Assembly (NCBI GenBank): GCA_964472675.1 | Contig: CAYYLO010000003.1 | Coordinates: 3,768-67,767, forward strand | Direction of reading: 5' to 3' | DNA: 64,000 nucleotides | From: an uncultured Gammaproteobacteria bacterium | GTDB taxonomy: Bacteria > Patescibacteriota > Microgenomatia > UBA8517 > UBA10165 | Part shown: one piece after another, positions 47,482 to 56,289 of the stretch | Position numbering within the stretch: position 1 is the first letter of the stretch | Layout of the letters: the number at the start of each line of letters is the position of its first letter | Translations under genes and position numbers: made by a program | The notes under the pieces: generated by a model | The model's input: the letters and a program-made list of their open reading frames with translations, nothing else | Told to the model about the DNA's origin: nothing | Databases searched by the model: none

Positions 47482-48099
47482 ATGCCACCTGTTATTTATA
47501 CCAGACAGCGCCAAATTCTTGACTTTATCAGTCAGTTTATTGACGCTAACGGATGTGCGCCCACTTTAAAACAGATTGCCCAGGCAATTGGTGTTTCTTC
47601 TTTAGCAACAGTCCACGAGCATCTTCAGGCTTTGGAAAAGAAGGGCTTAATAAAAAAACACGTTGGCGATACCCGCGGAATTGAATTAACAAAAATTACT
47701 CCTCGTGTTACTCCCGGAGTTGAGGTTCCCATCATGGGATTTATTGCAGCAGGGGCCCCTATTGAACCGTACACTGATCCTAATGCGACTCTTTCAATTC
47801 CTCCTGCGATGTTTTCTTCTACTAAAAGAATCTATGTTCTTCAAGTTCGCGGGGAATCTATGATTGAGGTAGGGATAAATGATGGCGACTATGTTGTCAT
47901 TGAACAACAGGACCGTGCCAGCAATGGTGAAATAGTCGTTGCCCTTCTGGACAATGGCATGGCGACGTTAAAGCGCTACTTTAAGGAGACTACAAGAATC
48001 CGGCTTGAACCAGCCAACCGCACCATGAGCCCGATTTATGCCAAGAACGTCACTGTTCAAGGTAAGGTTGTCGGCTTAATTCGCAAATACGCGAATTAA
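47482..48099 (+). CDS. lexA: SOS repressor LexA
   Basis: RQ.QIL.FI, PT...IA, AAG cleavage site, GESM (Ser), TLK (Lys). Confidence 0.97.
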   Translation: MPPVIYTRQRQILDFISQFIDANGCAPTLKQIAQAIGVSSLATVHEHLQALEKKGLIKKHVGDTRGIELTKITPRVTPGVEVPIMGFIAAGAPIEPYTDPNATLSIPPAMFSSTKRIYVLQVRGESMIEVGINDGDYVVIEQQDRASNGEIVVALLDNGMATLKRYFKETTRIRLEPANRTMSPIYAKNVTVQGKVVGLIRKYAN

Positions 48100-48132
48100 A
48101 ATTCGCTACAGTGTGGCATCTTGAAGGTGAGT

Positions 48133-48579
48133 TTACTCGCGGTTTCCTTTGACGGCTTTTAGCACTTCTTCCTCTTTTTCCAGTTCTTTCTTTTGGTAAT
48201 TTATTAAGAGTTTCAAAATTTCATTTTGTTTGGAATTTACCTCTTCAACACGATCAACAGTTTGTTTGGTATGCTCAATCATTTTACGCAAAGTACGTTC
48301 TGAGCGGTTGGCGGCAGCCGCAACCAAAAAACCTATGTAAAGTTCTGCAAGTGTTGTTATGGTGTTTAGTGGAAAATTCCATGCATTTGAAGTAAACCAG
48401 TCAGGCAAGAAGTCTCCTCTTGCAAATAATTCGCGTTGCGTATAGCCCAAAGCAAACCAGACAACCACAGCCAAAATCCAAAAAGCGATGTTCGTAGGCG
48501 TACCCATCCCCCACGAAACAACGTCTGCTATGCGGATAAATTTCTCATTAAGCTTTTTCATTTCTTTAGAGATTGCCAT
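48133..48579 (-). CDS. membrane protein (DUF1003 / low-affinity iron permease-like)
   Basis: RIAD.V...MGT, W, LNT.TT..E, ANR, coiled-coil tail. Confidence 0.65.
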   Translation of the reverse strand: MAISKEMKKLNEKFIRIADVVSWGMGTPTNIAFWILAVVVWFALGYTQRELFARGDFLPDWFTSNAWNFPLNTITTLAELYIGFLVAAAANRSERTLRKMIEHTKQTVDRVEEVNSKQNEILKLLINYQKKELEKEEEVLKAVKGNRE

Positions 48580-48622
48580 GTCGCTTTGCTCCTGGCAATG
48601 ACAATCACTATAATTACTTCAT

Positions 48623-49318
48623 ATGTTGGGGAAATTGTCAATTGTTGCTACTCCTATTGGAAATTTAGGCGATATTACATATCGGGCGATACAAACGTTG
48701 ATGGAGTGTGATGTCATCTTAGCTGAGGATACAAGAACTACGGCCAAATTGCTAACCCATTATCAAATTCCCCGCAAAGAATTAATTTCTTTTTTTGAAG
48801 GGAACGAAGAACGCAGGCTAAAGTCTGTTATTACACTTCTGCAAGAGGGGAAACATGTTGTGCTTGTCTCAGAATCTGGCACACCTTTAATCTCTGATCC
48901 TGGATACAAACTAGTTCGTGAAGCGCTAAGCAGGGAGTTAAGCGTGGAATCCATTCCCGGGCCAACTGCTCTAATTGGCGCTCTGACCATATCAGGATTG
49001 CCATCAAACGCTTTTTTATTCTTGGGATTTTTACCTAAAAAAGAAGCGCATATAAAACGTCTGTTTTTGTCTGTACGTGATACGTTGTGGGATGTCGGAC
49101 AACTAAAAACTGTTATTTTTTACGAAAGCCCCTACAGGTTGCTAAAGTCTCTTACCCTGATAAAACAAGTGTTTGAGGAGGCAGACATTGTGGTTGCGCG
49201 TGAACTAACCAAAATACATGAAGAGGTTAAGAGAGGAAAGGTGTCAGAAATAATTAGCCACTTTGAGAAAGTAAAACCAAGGGGAGAGTTTGTAGTTCTG
49301 CTTCGTTCATTAAATTAA
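48623..49318 (+). CDS. rsmI: 16S rRNA C1402 2'-O-methyltransferase
   Basis: VATPIGNL.DI, AEDTR, GTP.ISDPG, YESP.R, RELTK.HEE. Confidence 0.97.
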   Translation: MLGKLSIVATPIGNLGDITYRAIQTLMECDVILAEDTRTTAKLLTHYQIPRKELISFFEGNEERRLKSVITLLQEGKHVVLVSESGTPLISDPGYKLVREALSRELSVESIPGPTALIGALTISGLPSNAFLFLGFLPKKEAHIKRLFLSVRDTLWDVGQLKTVIFYESPYRLLKSLTLIKQVFEEADIVVARELTKIHEEVKRGKVSEIISHFEKVKPRGEFVVLLRSLN

Positions 49319-50944
49319 CGAACGTCCTGTCATTTCCTGTGGCTTTGGCAAGCCCAATATTTTCAAAATTGTGGGGGCAACATCTGCTAATATTCCTGTT
49401 TGCAGTTGCTGAAAATCACCCATAAACTCTTTTCCTGCAATTATTAAAGGAACAGGATTGTTAGAATGCTCCGTATCTATAGTGCCGTCTGATTTAAGCA
49501 ATTCCTCCGCATTGCCATGATCAGCAGTAATTATTGTTACTCCTCCAAGGTTGGAAACTCTCGAGACTATATTGCCAACACAAGTGTCAACAGTTTCGAC
49601 AGCAGACTTTGTTGCCTCATAATTTCCCGTATGGCCAACCATGTCGGGGTTTGCAAAGTTAATTAATACAAACTTAAAATTATTTGGTGGGGCAAGAGCG
49701 TTTTGAAAGTTTTTAACGATTTCTAAAGCAGACATTTGAGGCGCTAAATCGTAAGTCGCGACTTGAGGAGAACGGGCAATAATCCGTGTCTCGCCACGAA
49801 AGGCCATCTCTCTTTGCCCATTAAAATAATAAGTTACAAACCTTTCTTTTTCAGATTCCGCAAGCCGAAGCTGCAAATAGTTTCTTTGTGAGATTACATC
49901 CCCTAAAGGTAAAGTCACATTCTCGGGGGGGAAAGCAGCTTTTGCGTATTTTGCAATGACTTTGCTATATTCTGTCATTGTCGCAAAATATAAATTTTTA
50001 ATTTTCGGACGTCTTGGGAAAATGTTGCTCCCTTCAACTTTAACGTTCTCTTTCTTATAATATTTCTCAGAGTAAGGGTCAAAATCCATATGGCTTGCCG
50101 CTGCTTCTTTGGAAAAATCTTCAAAAACAAAGGCTCCGGCAAGTTGTCGTGGACGGTCAACTCTGAAGTTAAAAAATATTACCGCATCATTTTCCCTTAC
50201 CAAGTAAGGCGTCTGCCCGCCTTCTTCTAAAATTGCGGGGTGTATGAATTCATCTGTAATTCCATTATCGTAAGATTGTTGTATAGCTTCTTTTATGGAT
50301 GCTGTATGTTTTGCCGCCCCTGCAGTTAACGCATCAAAAGCAACCTTTGTCCTCTCCCACCTTAGATCCCTATCCATTGCCCAATACCTTCCCATAACTG
50401 AAACAAATTTTCCAATTGACTGAGTTGACATGAATTTCTCTATGTTAGCAATATATGAAATTCCAGCGGTTGGTGGCGAATCGCGCCCGTCTGTAAAAGC
50501 GTGGACGAGGACGTTTTGTGATAAATTTTGCTCTTTGGCAAGCCGCAAAAGCCCTAAAAGGTGATCAGTGCTGGAATGAACTCCCCCACCTCCAACTAAG
50601 CCAAAAAGGTGCAGGCGTGAATTATTTTTTTTAACATGCTCTATCGCTCCCAAAAAAGCAGGATTCTTAAAATAAACTCCACTGGCAATAGACATGTTTA
50701 TCCGCAAAAGATCCTGGTAGACAATCCTGCCCGCACCCAGGTTTAAGTGGCCGGTCTCTGTATTTCCCACTTCGCCTCTTGGCAAACCTACAGCTTCTCC
50801 TGAGGCAAGCAAAGTTGTATGCGGAAAACCCGCCCACAGTTTTCTAATAGTTGGCAGGTTTGCTGCCATTATCGGATTTCCAGGACCTGCCGGCGCCGTT
50901 CCCCAACCATCCATAACGATTAAAACTACTAAGGGATAGTTCAT
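49310..50944 (-). CDS. gpmI: 2,3-BPG-independent phosphoglycerate mutase
   Basis: DGWG, GNTETGH, DGRD, GRYWAMDRD, NPDMVGH, TADHGN. Confidence 0.97.
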   Translation of the reverse strand: MNYPLVVLIVMDGWGTAPAGPGNPIMAANLPTIRKLWAGFPHTTLLASGEAVGLPRGEVGNTETGHLNLGAGRIVYQDLLRINMSIASGVYFKNPAFLGAIEHVKKNNSRLHLFGLVGGGGVHSSTDHLLGLLRLAKEQNLSQNVLVHAFTDGRDSPPTAGISYIANIEKFMSTQSIGKFVSVMGRYWAMDRDLRWERTKVAFDALTAGAAKHTASIKEAIQQSYDNGITDEFIHPAILEEGGQTPYLVRENDAVIFFNFRVDRPRQLAGAFVFEDFSKEAAASHMDFDPYSEKYYKKENVKVEGSNIFPRRPKIKNLYFATMTEYSKVIAKYAKAAFPPENVTLPLGDVISQRNYLQLRLAESEKERFVTYYFNGQREMAFRGETRIIARSPQVATYDLAPQMSALEIVKNFQNALAPPNNFKFVLINFANPDMVGHTGNYEATKSAVETVDTCVGNIVSRVSNLGGVTIITADHGNAEELLKSDGTIDTEHSNNPVPLIIAGKEFMGDFQQLQTGILADVAPTILKILGLPKPQEMTGRSLI

Positions 50945-50950
50945 CGGGTA

Positions 50951-51043
50951 AATTTATAATTTTGCAATTTTCAATTTCCATTCCAGTCCGAGCGTGTACA
51001 TGTCTCAATGTATTAATTTTTCAAAATTAGAGCATTGAAAATT
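50951..51043. repeat. 7-bp-period inverted repeat element between eno and gpmI
   Basis: AATTTAT AATTTTGC AATTTTC AATTTCC ... AATTAGAGCATTGAAAATT. Confidence 0.55.
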
Positions 51044-52319
51044 ATTGCTGTGCAGATAGTTCCTTTTCTATTGTAAGTAACCTGTTGTATTTGGCTATAC
51101 GTTCTCCTCGGGCTGGCGCTCCAAATTTTACGTAATCGCTTTTTACGCCAACAGCAAAATCAGCAATAAACCAATCGTTAGTTTCGCCTGACCTGTGAGA
51201 AACAATTACTTTCCAGGATGCATCTCTTGCCAGTTTAATAACGTCTAAAGTTTCCGTGACAGTTCCTATTTGGTTGGGTTTTACTAAAATTGCGTTACAC
51301 GCCTTTTGGTCAATTGCCTGTTTGACTCTTTCCGGATTGGTAACAAGAAGGTCATCTCCAACAATCATCATTTTGTTTCCTTCTTGTGAAGTGATAACTT
51401 TCCAGGACTCCCAGTCTTCCTCGTGGAAAGGGTCTTCAAGGTATGTCAATCTATACTCCTGGTTTATGCTGTCGTAAAAAGAAATTAAGGCTGAGCTGTT
51501 AAGAACGTTTGAGCGGTCTTTAATTGTGTAGCTTCCATTCTTCCAGATTGTGTTTGCCGCGACGTCAAGTCCTAAAAAAAAGTCCTGTCCGATTTGGTAT
51601 CCTGCTTCTCTGATGGCTTCTACATTGATTTCTAATGCGTCAGCGTTGGTAAACAAGTTGGGCGCAAAACCTCCTTCATCCCCAACTGAATGAATCGCTC
51701 CGCGGCGAATTAACGCCTGGCGAATTTGGTAATAAACTTCAACAGAAGACCTTAAACTTTCAGAGAAAACTTTAGAGGTAGCAGGGATAACCTGAAATTC
51801 CTGAAAATCCAGGTTTCCGGCTCCGTGCTGACCTCCGTTTATCATGTTAAAAACTGGAGTTGGTATTCGTGACGGGAGGCCAGGGGTAGACGCCTGAAGG
51901 TTTTCGGCTAACTTGCTAATCCAATTGTACAAAGGCATTCCTGAGGCAACAGCTCCGGCTTTACAAATCCCTTCCGATACGGAAAGAATAGCGTTTCCTC
52001 CAATGCTCTTTTTCTCTTTCGTCCCGTCAAGCTGGATTAACTTCTGGTCAATTTCCGCCTGATTTGTTGGATCCATTCCTGTTAAAGCAGGCCCCAACTT
52101 TTGATTAACATTGTCAACAGCCTGCAATACCCCTTTGCCTGCAAATCTTTTGCTGTCATTATCCCTTAACTCTAATGCTTCTCTTGATCCAACAGAAGCA
52201 CCGGAAGGAACAGAAGATACTGTGGCTTGGCCACTGTCTAGTCGAACAATTGTTTCAATAGTCGGATCTCCCCGGCTATCTAATATCTCATGAGCATAAA
52301 TTTGAGTGATTCTAGACAT
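51042..52319 (-). CDS. eno: enolase
   Basis: EILDSRG.PT, VPSGAS, GDEGGFAP, VGDDL, SHRSGET. Confidence 0.97.
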   Translation of the reverse strand: MSRITQIYAHEILDSRGDPTIETIVRLDSGQATVSSVPSGASVGSREALELRDNDSKRFAGKGVLQAVDNVNQKLGPALTGMDPTNQAEIDQKLIQLDGTKEKKSIGGNAILSVSEGICKAGAVASGMPLYNWISKLAENLQASTPGLPSRIPTPVFNMINGGQHGAGNLDFQEFQVIPATSKVFSESLRSSVEVYYQIRQALIRRGAIHSVGDEGGFAPNLFTNADALEINVEAIREAGYQIGQDFFLGLDVAANTIWKNGSYTIKDRSNVLNSSALISFYDSINQEYRLTYLEDPFHEEDWESWKVITSQEGNKMMIVGDDLLVTNPERVKQAIDQKACNAILVKPNQIGTVTETLDVIKLARDASWKVIVSHRSGETNDWFIADFAVGVKSDYVKFGAPARGERIAKYNRLLTIEKELSAQQ

Positions 52320-54615
52320 GTTTTTCGCATTCCTGTACAATTCTTTGCACTCTCCCGACAGAATCAGGATTGACCGAAACGCTGGTTATTCCTAACTTTA
52401 CAAGAAACTCCACCAAGTCGTCGTGTGAACTTGCTGCCTGACCGCAAATCGAAGAGGTAATGCCATGCTTGTTGCAGGCTTTAATTGTGTGCTCTAAAGC
52501 CCACAAAACCGCAGGGCTTAGCTCGTTAAAAGCCGACGCGACCTCGCTGTTGTCACGATCAGTCCCTAACATCAACATTGTTAGGTCGTTGGAACCTATC
52601 GAAACTCCGTCAATACCTACTTTAATATAATCCTCAATCAAAACAACATTAACAGGCAGCTCAACCATTAACCATAATTTAAAACTTGGACCCCTTACTA
52701 ACCCTGACGCTGCCATTATTCTTTTGACCTGTAAAAGTTCCTCAGGAGACCTGACAAAAGGTATCATCATGTTCAAGTTTTTATAAGTTTCGCGCACTTT
52801 TTTAATAGCCGCAAGCTCAAGCTCAAACACGTCCGGATCTGAAATATATCTGTAAGCGCCTCTGTAACCAAGCATAGGATTTGGCTCCTGCGGCTCATAT
52901 GCCTTTCCACCGTCAAGATTCCTGTACTCGTTAGTTTTAAAATCTGTAGCCCGATAAACAATCGGTCGTGGGTCAAACTCTTGGCAAAATGTTGTCAATC
53001 CGGAAGCTAGTTTATCGACAAATTCTTTCTGGCGACGTTGTGCGATCAGGTGCCTAGGATGAACACCAATTTGAGCAACCATAAATTCAGCCCGCAACAG
53101 TCCGACGCCCGAAACGGGAAGAAGAGAAACTTCATGCGCCCTTTCAGGTTCTGCCAAATTTACATATATTTTTGTTGCTGTGCGGATTGCCGGATCCGCT
53201 TTGTCCTGGACAACTTGCCGGCTTGCTACCTTGCTGACAAGTTGGGCCTTCTCAGGCTTTCCCCTATACACTTCCCCGGTCTTACCATTTACGGTAACTA
53301 TGTCACCATCTTTTAAATTTTTTGTAGCAAGCTTTGTGCCAACAATGCAGGGAAGCCCAAGCTCACGGGAGACTATCGCAGCATGTGACGTTACTCCGCC
53401 TTCATCAGTTACAATTGCTCCTGCTTGCTTCATTGCCGGAACATAATCCGGTGAAGTCATGCGGGCAACCAAAACATCTCCTTTTTTAACTTTTCCAATT
53501 TCTTTGGGTGAGTGGAGTATTTTTACTTTTCCTGTAGCAATTCCGGGACTTGCACCTTGTCCTATTAAAATCGCCTCACCTGTGGTCTGCTTGCCTGCCT
53601 CATTGGAATTTGGAGACTGGACATTGGAACTTCCACTCGATAGAGTGGTAATTGGCCTTACCTGAATAACATAGAAAGCACCCTTATTGTATGCCCATTC
53701 AATATCCTGGGGGAAGTAATAATGGGCGTGAATTCGCTGCAAAATTCTGCCCAATTCTTTGATTTTATCTTCAGAAAGTTTTTGTCTGTTCTGGCGATTT
53801 CCTGGGACCTTTTCTTCTTTTGTTTTGGCCCCTTTTCTTATTAACTGAACTTTTTGCTCGTGTTTGTCGATCTTTTGGATTTCCAATGAATGTCTTTCAA
53901 GTTCATATCTGTCCGGCGTAACCGTGCCCTGTACTGCATATTCCCCCAAGCCCCAAACTGCTTCAACAACCATTTTATGTTTGTCTGAAGTTCTGGGGTC
54001 GTTGGTAAATGCAATTCCGGAAATCTCCGACTGAACCATCTCCTGAACAACAACAGCAATGTAAACTTTAAAATGATTAAAACCTTTTTCTTCCCGATAA
54101 AAAATAGCGCGTGGAGTAAAAAGAGATGCCCAGCAATCTTTAACTGCCTGCAAAAGTTGCGCTTCGCCGCGAATATTTAAGAATGTCGCTTGTTGGCCGG
54201 CAAAGGATGCATCAGGCAAATCTTCTGCAGTTGCCGAAGAACGCACAGCAACCAATGGCTGCTTTTTAAAAAGTCCGCGTTTCCCATAGCTTTGCACAAT
54301 TTCTTGGGCAATCTCTTGAGGCATTTTACTTTTCAACAAAAGCTTGATTATTTTTTCAGAAGCAGATTGAAAATGCTCTGGGGCTACTTTCCGGTGACCT
54401 ACGATTCCCGCAGATTTAAGAATGTCCCGGATTTGCGAGGATAAACCATTCTCCTCAATAAACTTTTTATAGGCGGAAGCTGTTACCACAAACCCAGTGG
54501 GGACAGGAAAGCTAGCCTGGTACATTTCGCCAAGATTTGCACCTTTCCCTCCAGCAAGAGCGATACTATCGTGGTCAATTTCTGAGAATTTGAGGATGTA
54601 GCTTGCAGGTCCCAT
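52312..54615 (-). CDS. ppsA: phosphoenolpyruvate synthase
   Basis: GGKGANLGEM, VRSSATAED, TSHAAIVSRE, GLLRAEF, SIGSNDL. Confidence 0.96.
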   Translation of the reverse strand: MGPASYILKFSEIDHDSIALAGGKGANLGEMYQASFPVPTGFVVTASAYKKFIEENGLSSQIRDILKSAGIVGHRKVAPEHFQSASEKIIKLLLKSKMPQEIAQEIVQSYGKRGLFKKQPLVAVRSSATAEDLPDASFAGQQATFLNIRGEAQLLQAVKDCWASLFTPRAIFYREEKGFNHFKVYIAVVVQEMVQSEISGIAFTNDPRTSDKHKMVVEAVWGLGEYAVQGTVTPDRYELERHSLEIQKIDKHEQKVQLIRKGAKTKEEKVPGNRQNRQKLSEDKIKELGRILQRIHAHYYFPQDIEWAYNKGAFYVIQVRPITTLSSGSSNVQSPNSNEAGKQTTGEAILIGQGASPGIATGKVKILHSPKEIGKVKKGDVLVARMTSPDYVPAMKQAGAIVTDEGGVTSHAAIVSRELGLPCIVGTKLATKNLKDGDIVTVNGKTGEVYRGKPEKAQLVSKVASRQVVQDKADPAIRTATKIYVNLAEPERAHEVSLLPVSGVGLLRAEFMVAQIGVHPRHLIAQRRQKEFVDKLASGLTTFCQEFDPRPIVYRATDFKTNEYRNLDGGKAYEPQEPNPMLGYRGAYRYISDPDVFELELAAIKKVRETYKNLNMMIPFVRSPEELLQVKRIMAASGLVRGPSFKLWLMVELPVNVVLIEDYIKVGIDGVSIGSNDLTMLMLGTDRDNSEVASAFNELSPAVLWALEHTIKACNKHGITSSICGQAASSHDDLVEFLVKLGITSVSVNPDSVGRVQRIVQECEKHV

Positions 54616-54631
54616 TGGCAGTGTTGTATTT

Positions 54632-55861
54632 TCATTCTAACTTAACAGCTAGCAATATGCCAACTGTAAGTATTGACGCTGTGGCCAAAAAGATAATCCA
54701 AGTTGGGGAAGATACCCCGACCACAGGAGTAACAGGTGCAATCGCGGTTTTGGCTGAGGAGTTTGTCGGAGTGGACACGCCGAGAATGGAAAAATTTGAG
54801 GTGTCTTGATTGCTACCAGAAGCAATTGTGACTGTATGTTGGCCTGCGGCTAAACTCTGATTAGGCGTATATGACCACTTCCCATCTTGCCCAACGGTTA
54901 CTTGAGCAGTCACAATCTGCGAGGAATGGATGGTAATAGTAATTATGTCTCCCGGTCTGCCGGTGCCTGAGAATGTTGGCTGGCCGGTGTTTACTGTTTC
55001 GCCTTTTCCAGGAGCTAAAACACTTAAAGGTATTGCCGATTCTGAGGCCTGTCTAATATTTTGGAGACTAAAATCAGAAGTTGCAGTTTGAGCAGGAGGA
55101 GTAAGAGTTACTTGGGCGGCAGACCCCTGTGTACTAAAAGAATATGTACCACCCAGCTTAATATTTGGTATAGGACGGACATTGTTGGTGTCTGCCGTGG
55201 CACGTGCGCTACCTGCTTTTCCCGCCTGAACATAAAGGTCAACGGTATCCCCAGCGGGTTTGTAAACGATATATGAAGATAAATTATCAGTTCTTGCATT
55301 ATTCAGGGTAATTAACCAATTGCCGTCCTCCCGAGTGTACGAAGAAAGAGGCGATCCGCCTTGTACAGTTAAGTAGACTAACGCGCCGGGGACCGGGCTA
55401 CCCGCTTGGTTGACAACCTTCCCAAATGCAGGTTCGGCAACTGCAGGAGGGTCATTTGTTGATGGTGCGGTTGTTATAAAAAAAGAAGAGCCATTGTTAT
55501 CATAGGCTGACGAACCGGATCCTATTTTGAAGAAGTAAAGAGTTTGCGGATTTAAATTTTCTATTGTTACATAATGCGTGTTCCTTGGTGTTTGCCCGCC
55601 TTTGTCACGGTCATCAGAAGCAGTCAACCCCAGTTTGTCAGTGTCGCCATAAACAATAAAGCCGGATGTTTGTTTATCAGTTAGCCAGGAGACAGAGAAG
55701 GAATTATCAGAAATATTTGTTATTTTAATTTCTTTGGGTTGTTCTTCAAGAGAAGCGTTGCTTCTAATATTCTGCCTGTTTAAGGCAAGAAAAACCATAA
55801 CAGGAAGCCCTGCTAAAAGCATCACCATCGATAAAATTCCAAAGATTTTCTTTTTGCTCAT
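54632..55861 (-). CDS. surface protein with fibronectin type III and Ig-like domains
   Basis: N-terminal TM, ITN....F.VSW.T, H.V...NL.P.T.Y, PTFSG...PG, C-terminal TPV.G plus TM. Confidence 0.85.
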   Translation of the reverse strand: MSKKKIFGILSMVMLLAGLPVMVFLALNRQNIRSNASLEEQPKEIKITNISDNSFSVSWLTDKQTSGFIVYGDTDKLGLTASDDRDKGGQTPRNTHYVTIENLNPQTLYFFKIGSGSSAYDNNGSSFFITTAPSTNDPPAVAEPAFGKVVNQAGSPVPGALVYLTVQGGSPLSSYTREDGNWLITLNNARTDNLSSYIVYKPAGDTVDLYVQAGKAGSARATADTNNVRPIPNIKLGGTYSFSTQGSAAQVTLTPPAQTATSDFSLQNIRQASESAIPLSVLAPGKGETVNTGQPTFSGTGRPGDIITITIHSSQIVTAQVTVGQDGKWSYTPNQSLAAGQHTVTIASGSNQDTSNFSILGVSTPTNSSAKTAIAPVTPVVGVSSPTWIIFLATASILTVGILLAVKLE

Positions 55862-55916
55862 AACTAATATTTTTGAAAAATATAAGAAACTATGGTACTA
55901 TCCGACTACTAAAATC

Positions 55917-55955
55917 GCCTGCAAGATCGAAAGACGTTTGCAGGCTTTATTTTTG
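55917..55955. terminator. hairpin terminator
   Basis: GCCTGCAA..GAAA..TTGCAGGC with flanking A/T tracts. Confidence 0.5.
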
Positions 55956-56288
55956 TTTTCTTACTCTCAATTTTCCCAAAAATTTGCCGACGTCTTCTCC
56001 AGTAAGTAAGCGCGACTCTGAACATTGAGCAACCAAAGCCACGCTTGCTTTGTGCGAAAATAGCTTTTGCTGGTCTGATTGCAGTTTTCTAGATCTCTCG
56101 GTTCCATCGGTTCGCACTTTTCCCACGTAATATGTTGCAGAAACAAACTCGCGATTTTCACCAACAAGTATTTTTAAAAATCCGGAGAAGTTGAAGTCTA
56201 AGAGATTATGAAGTTCAAGATTCTTCAACTTAAAGTAAAAGTTGCTGCCATCTATTAGAATAATCACACGCTTATTAGTTTTAGGCAT
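55947..56288 (-). pseudogene. NYN/LabA-DUF88 nuclease with an internal deletion
   Basis: IDGSN and YY present; EKGVD and S.D.D motifs absent; only 113 aa. Confidence 0.7.
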
Positions 56289-56289
56289 T

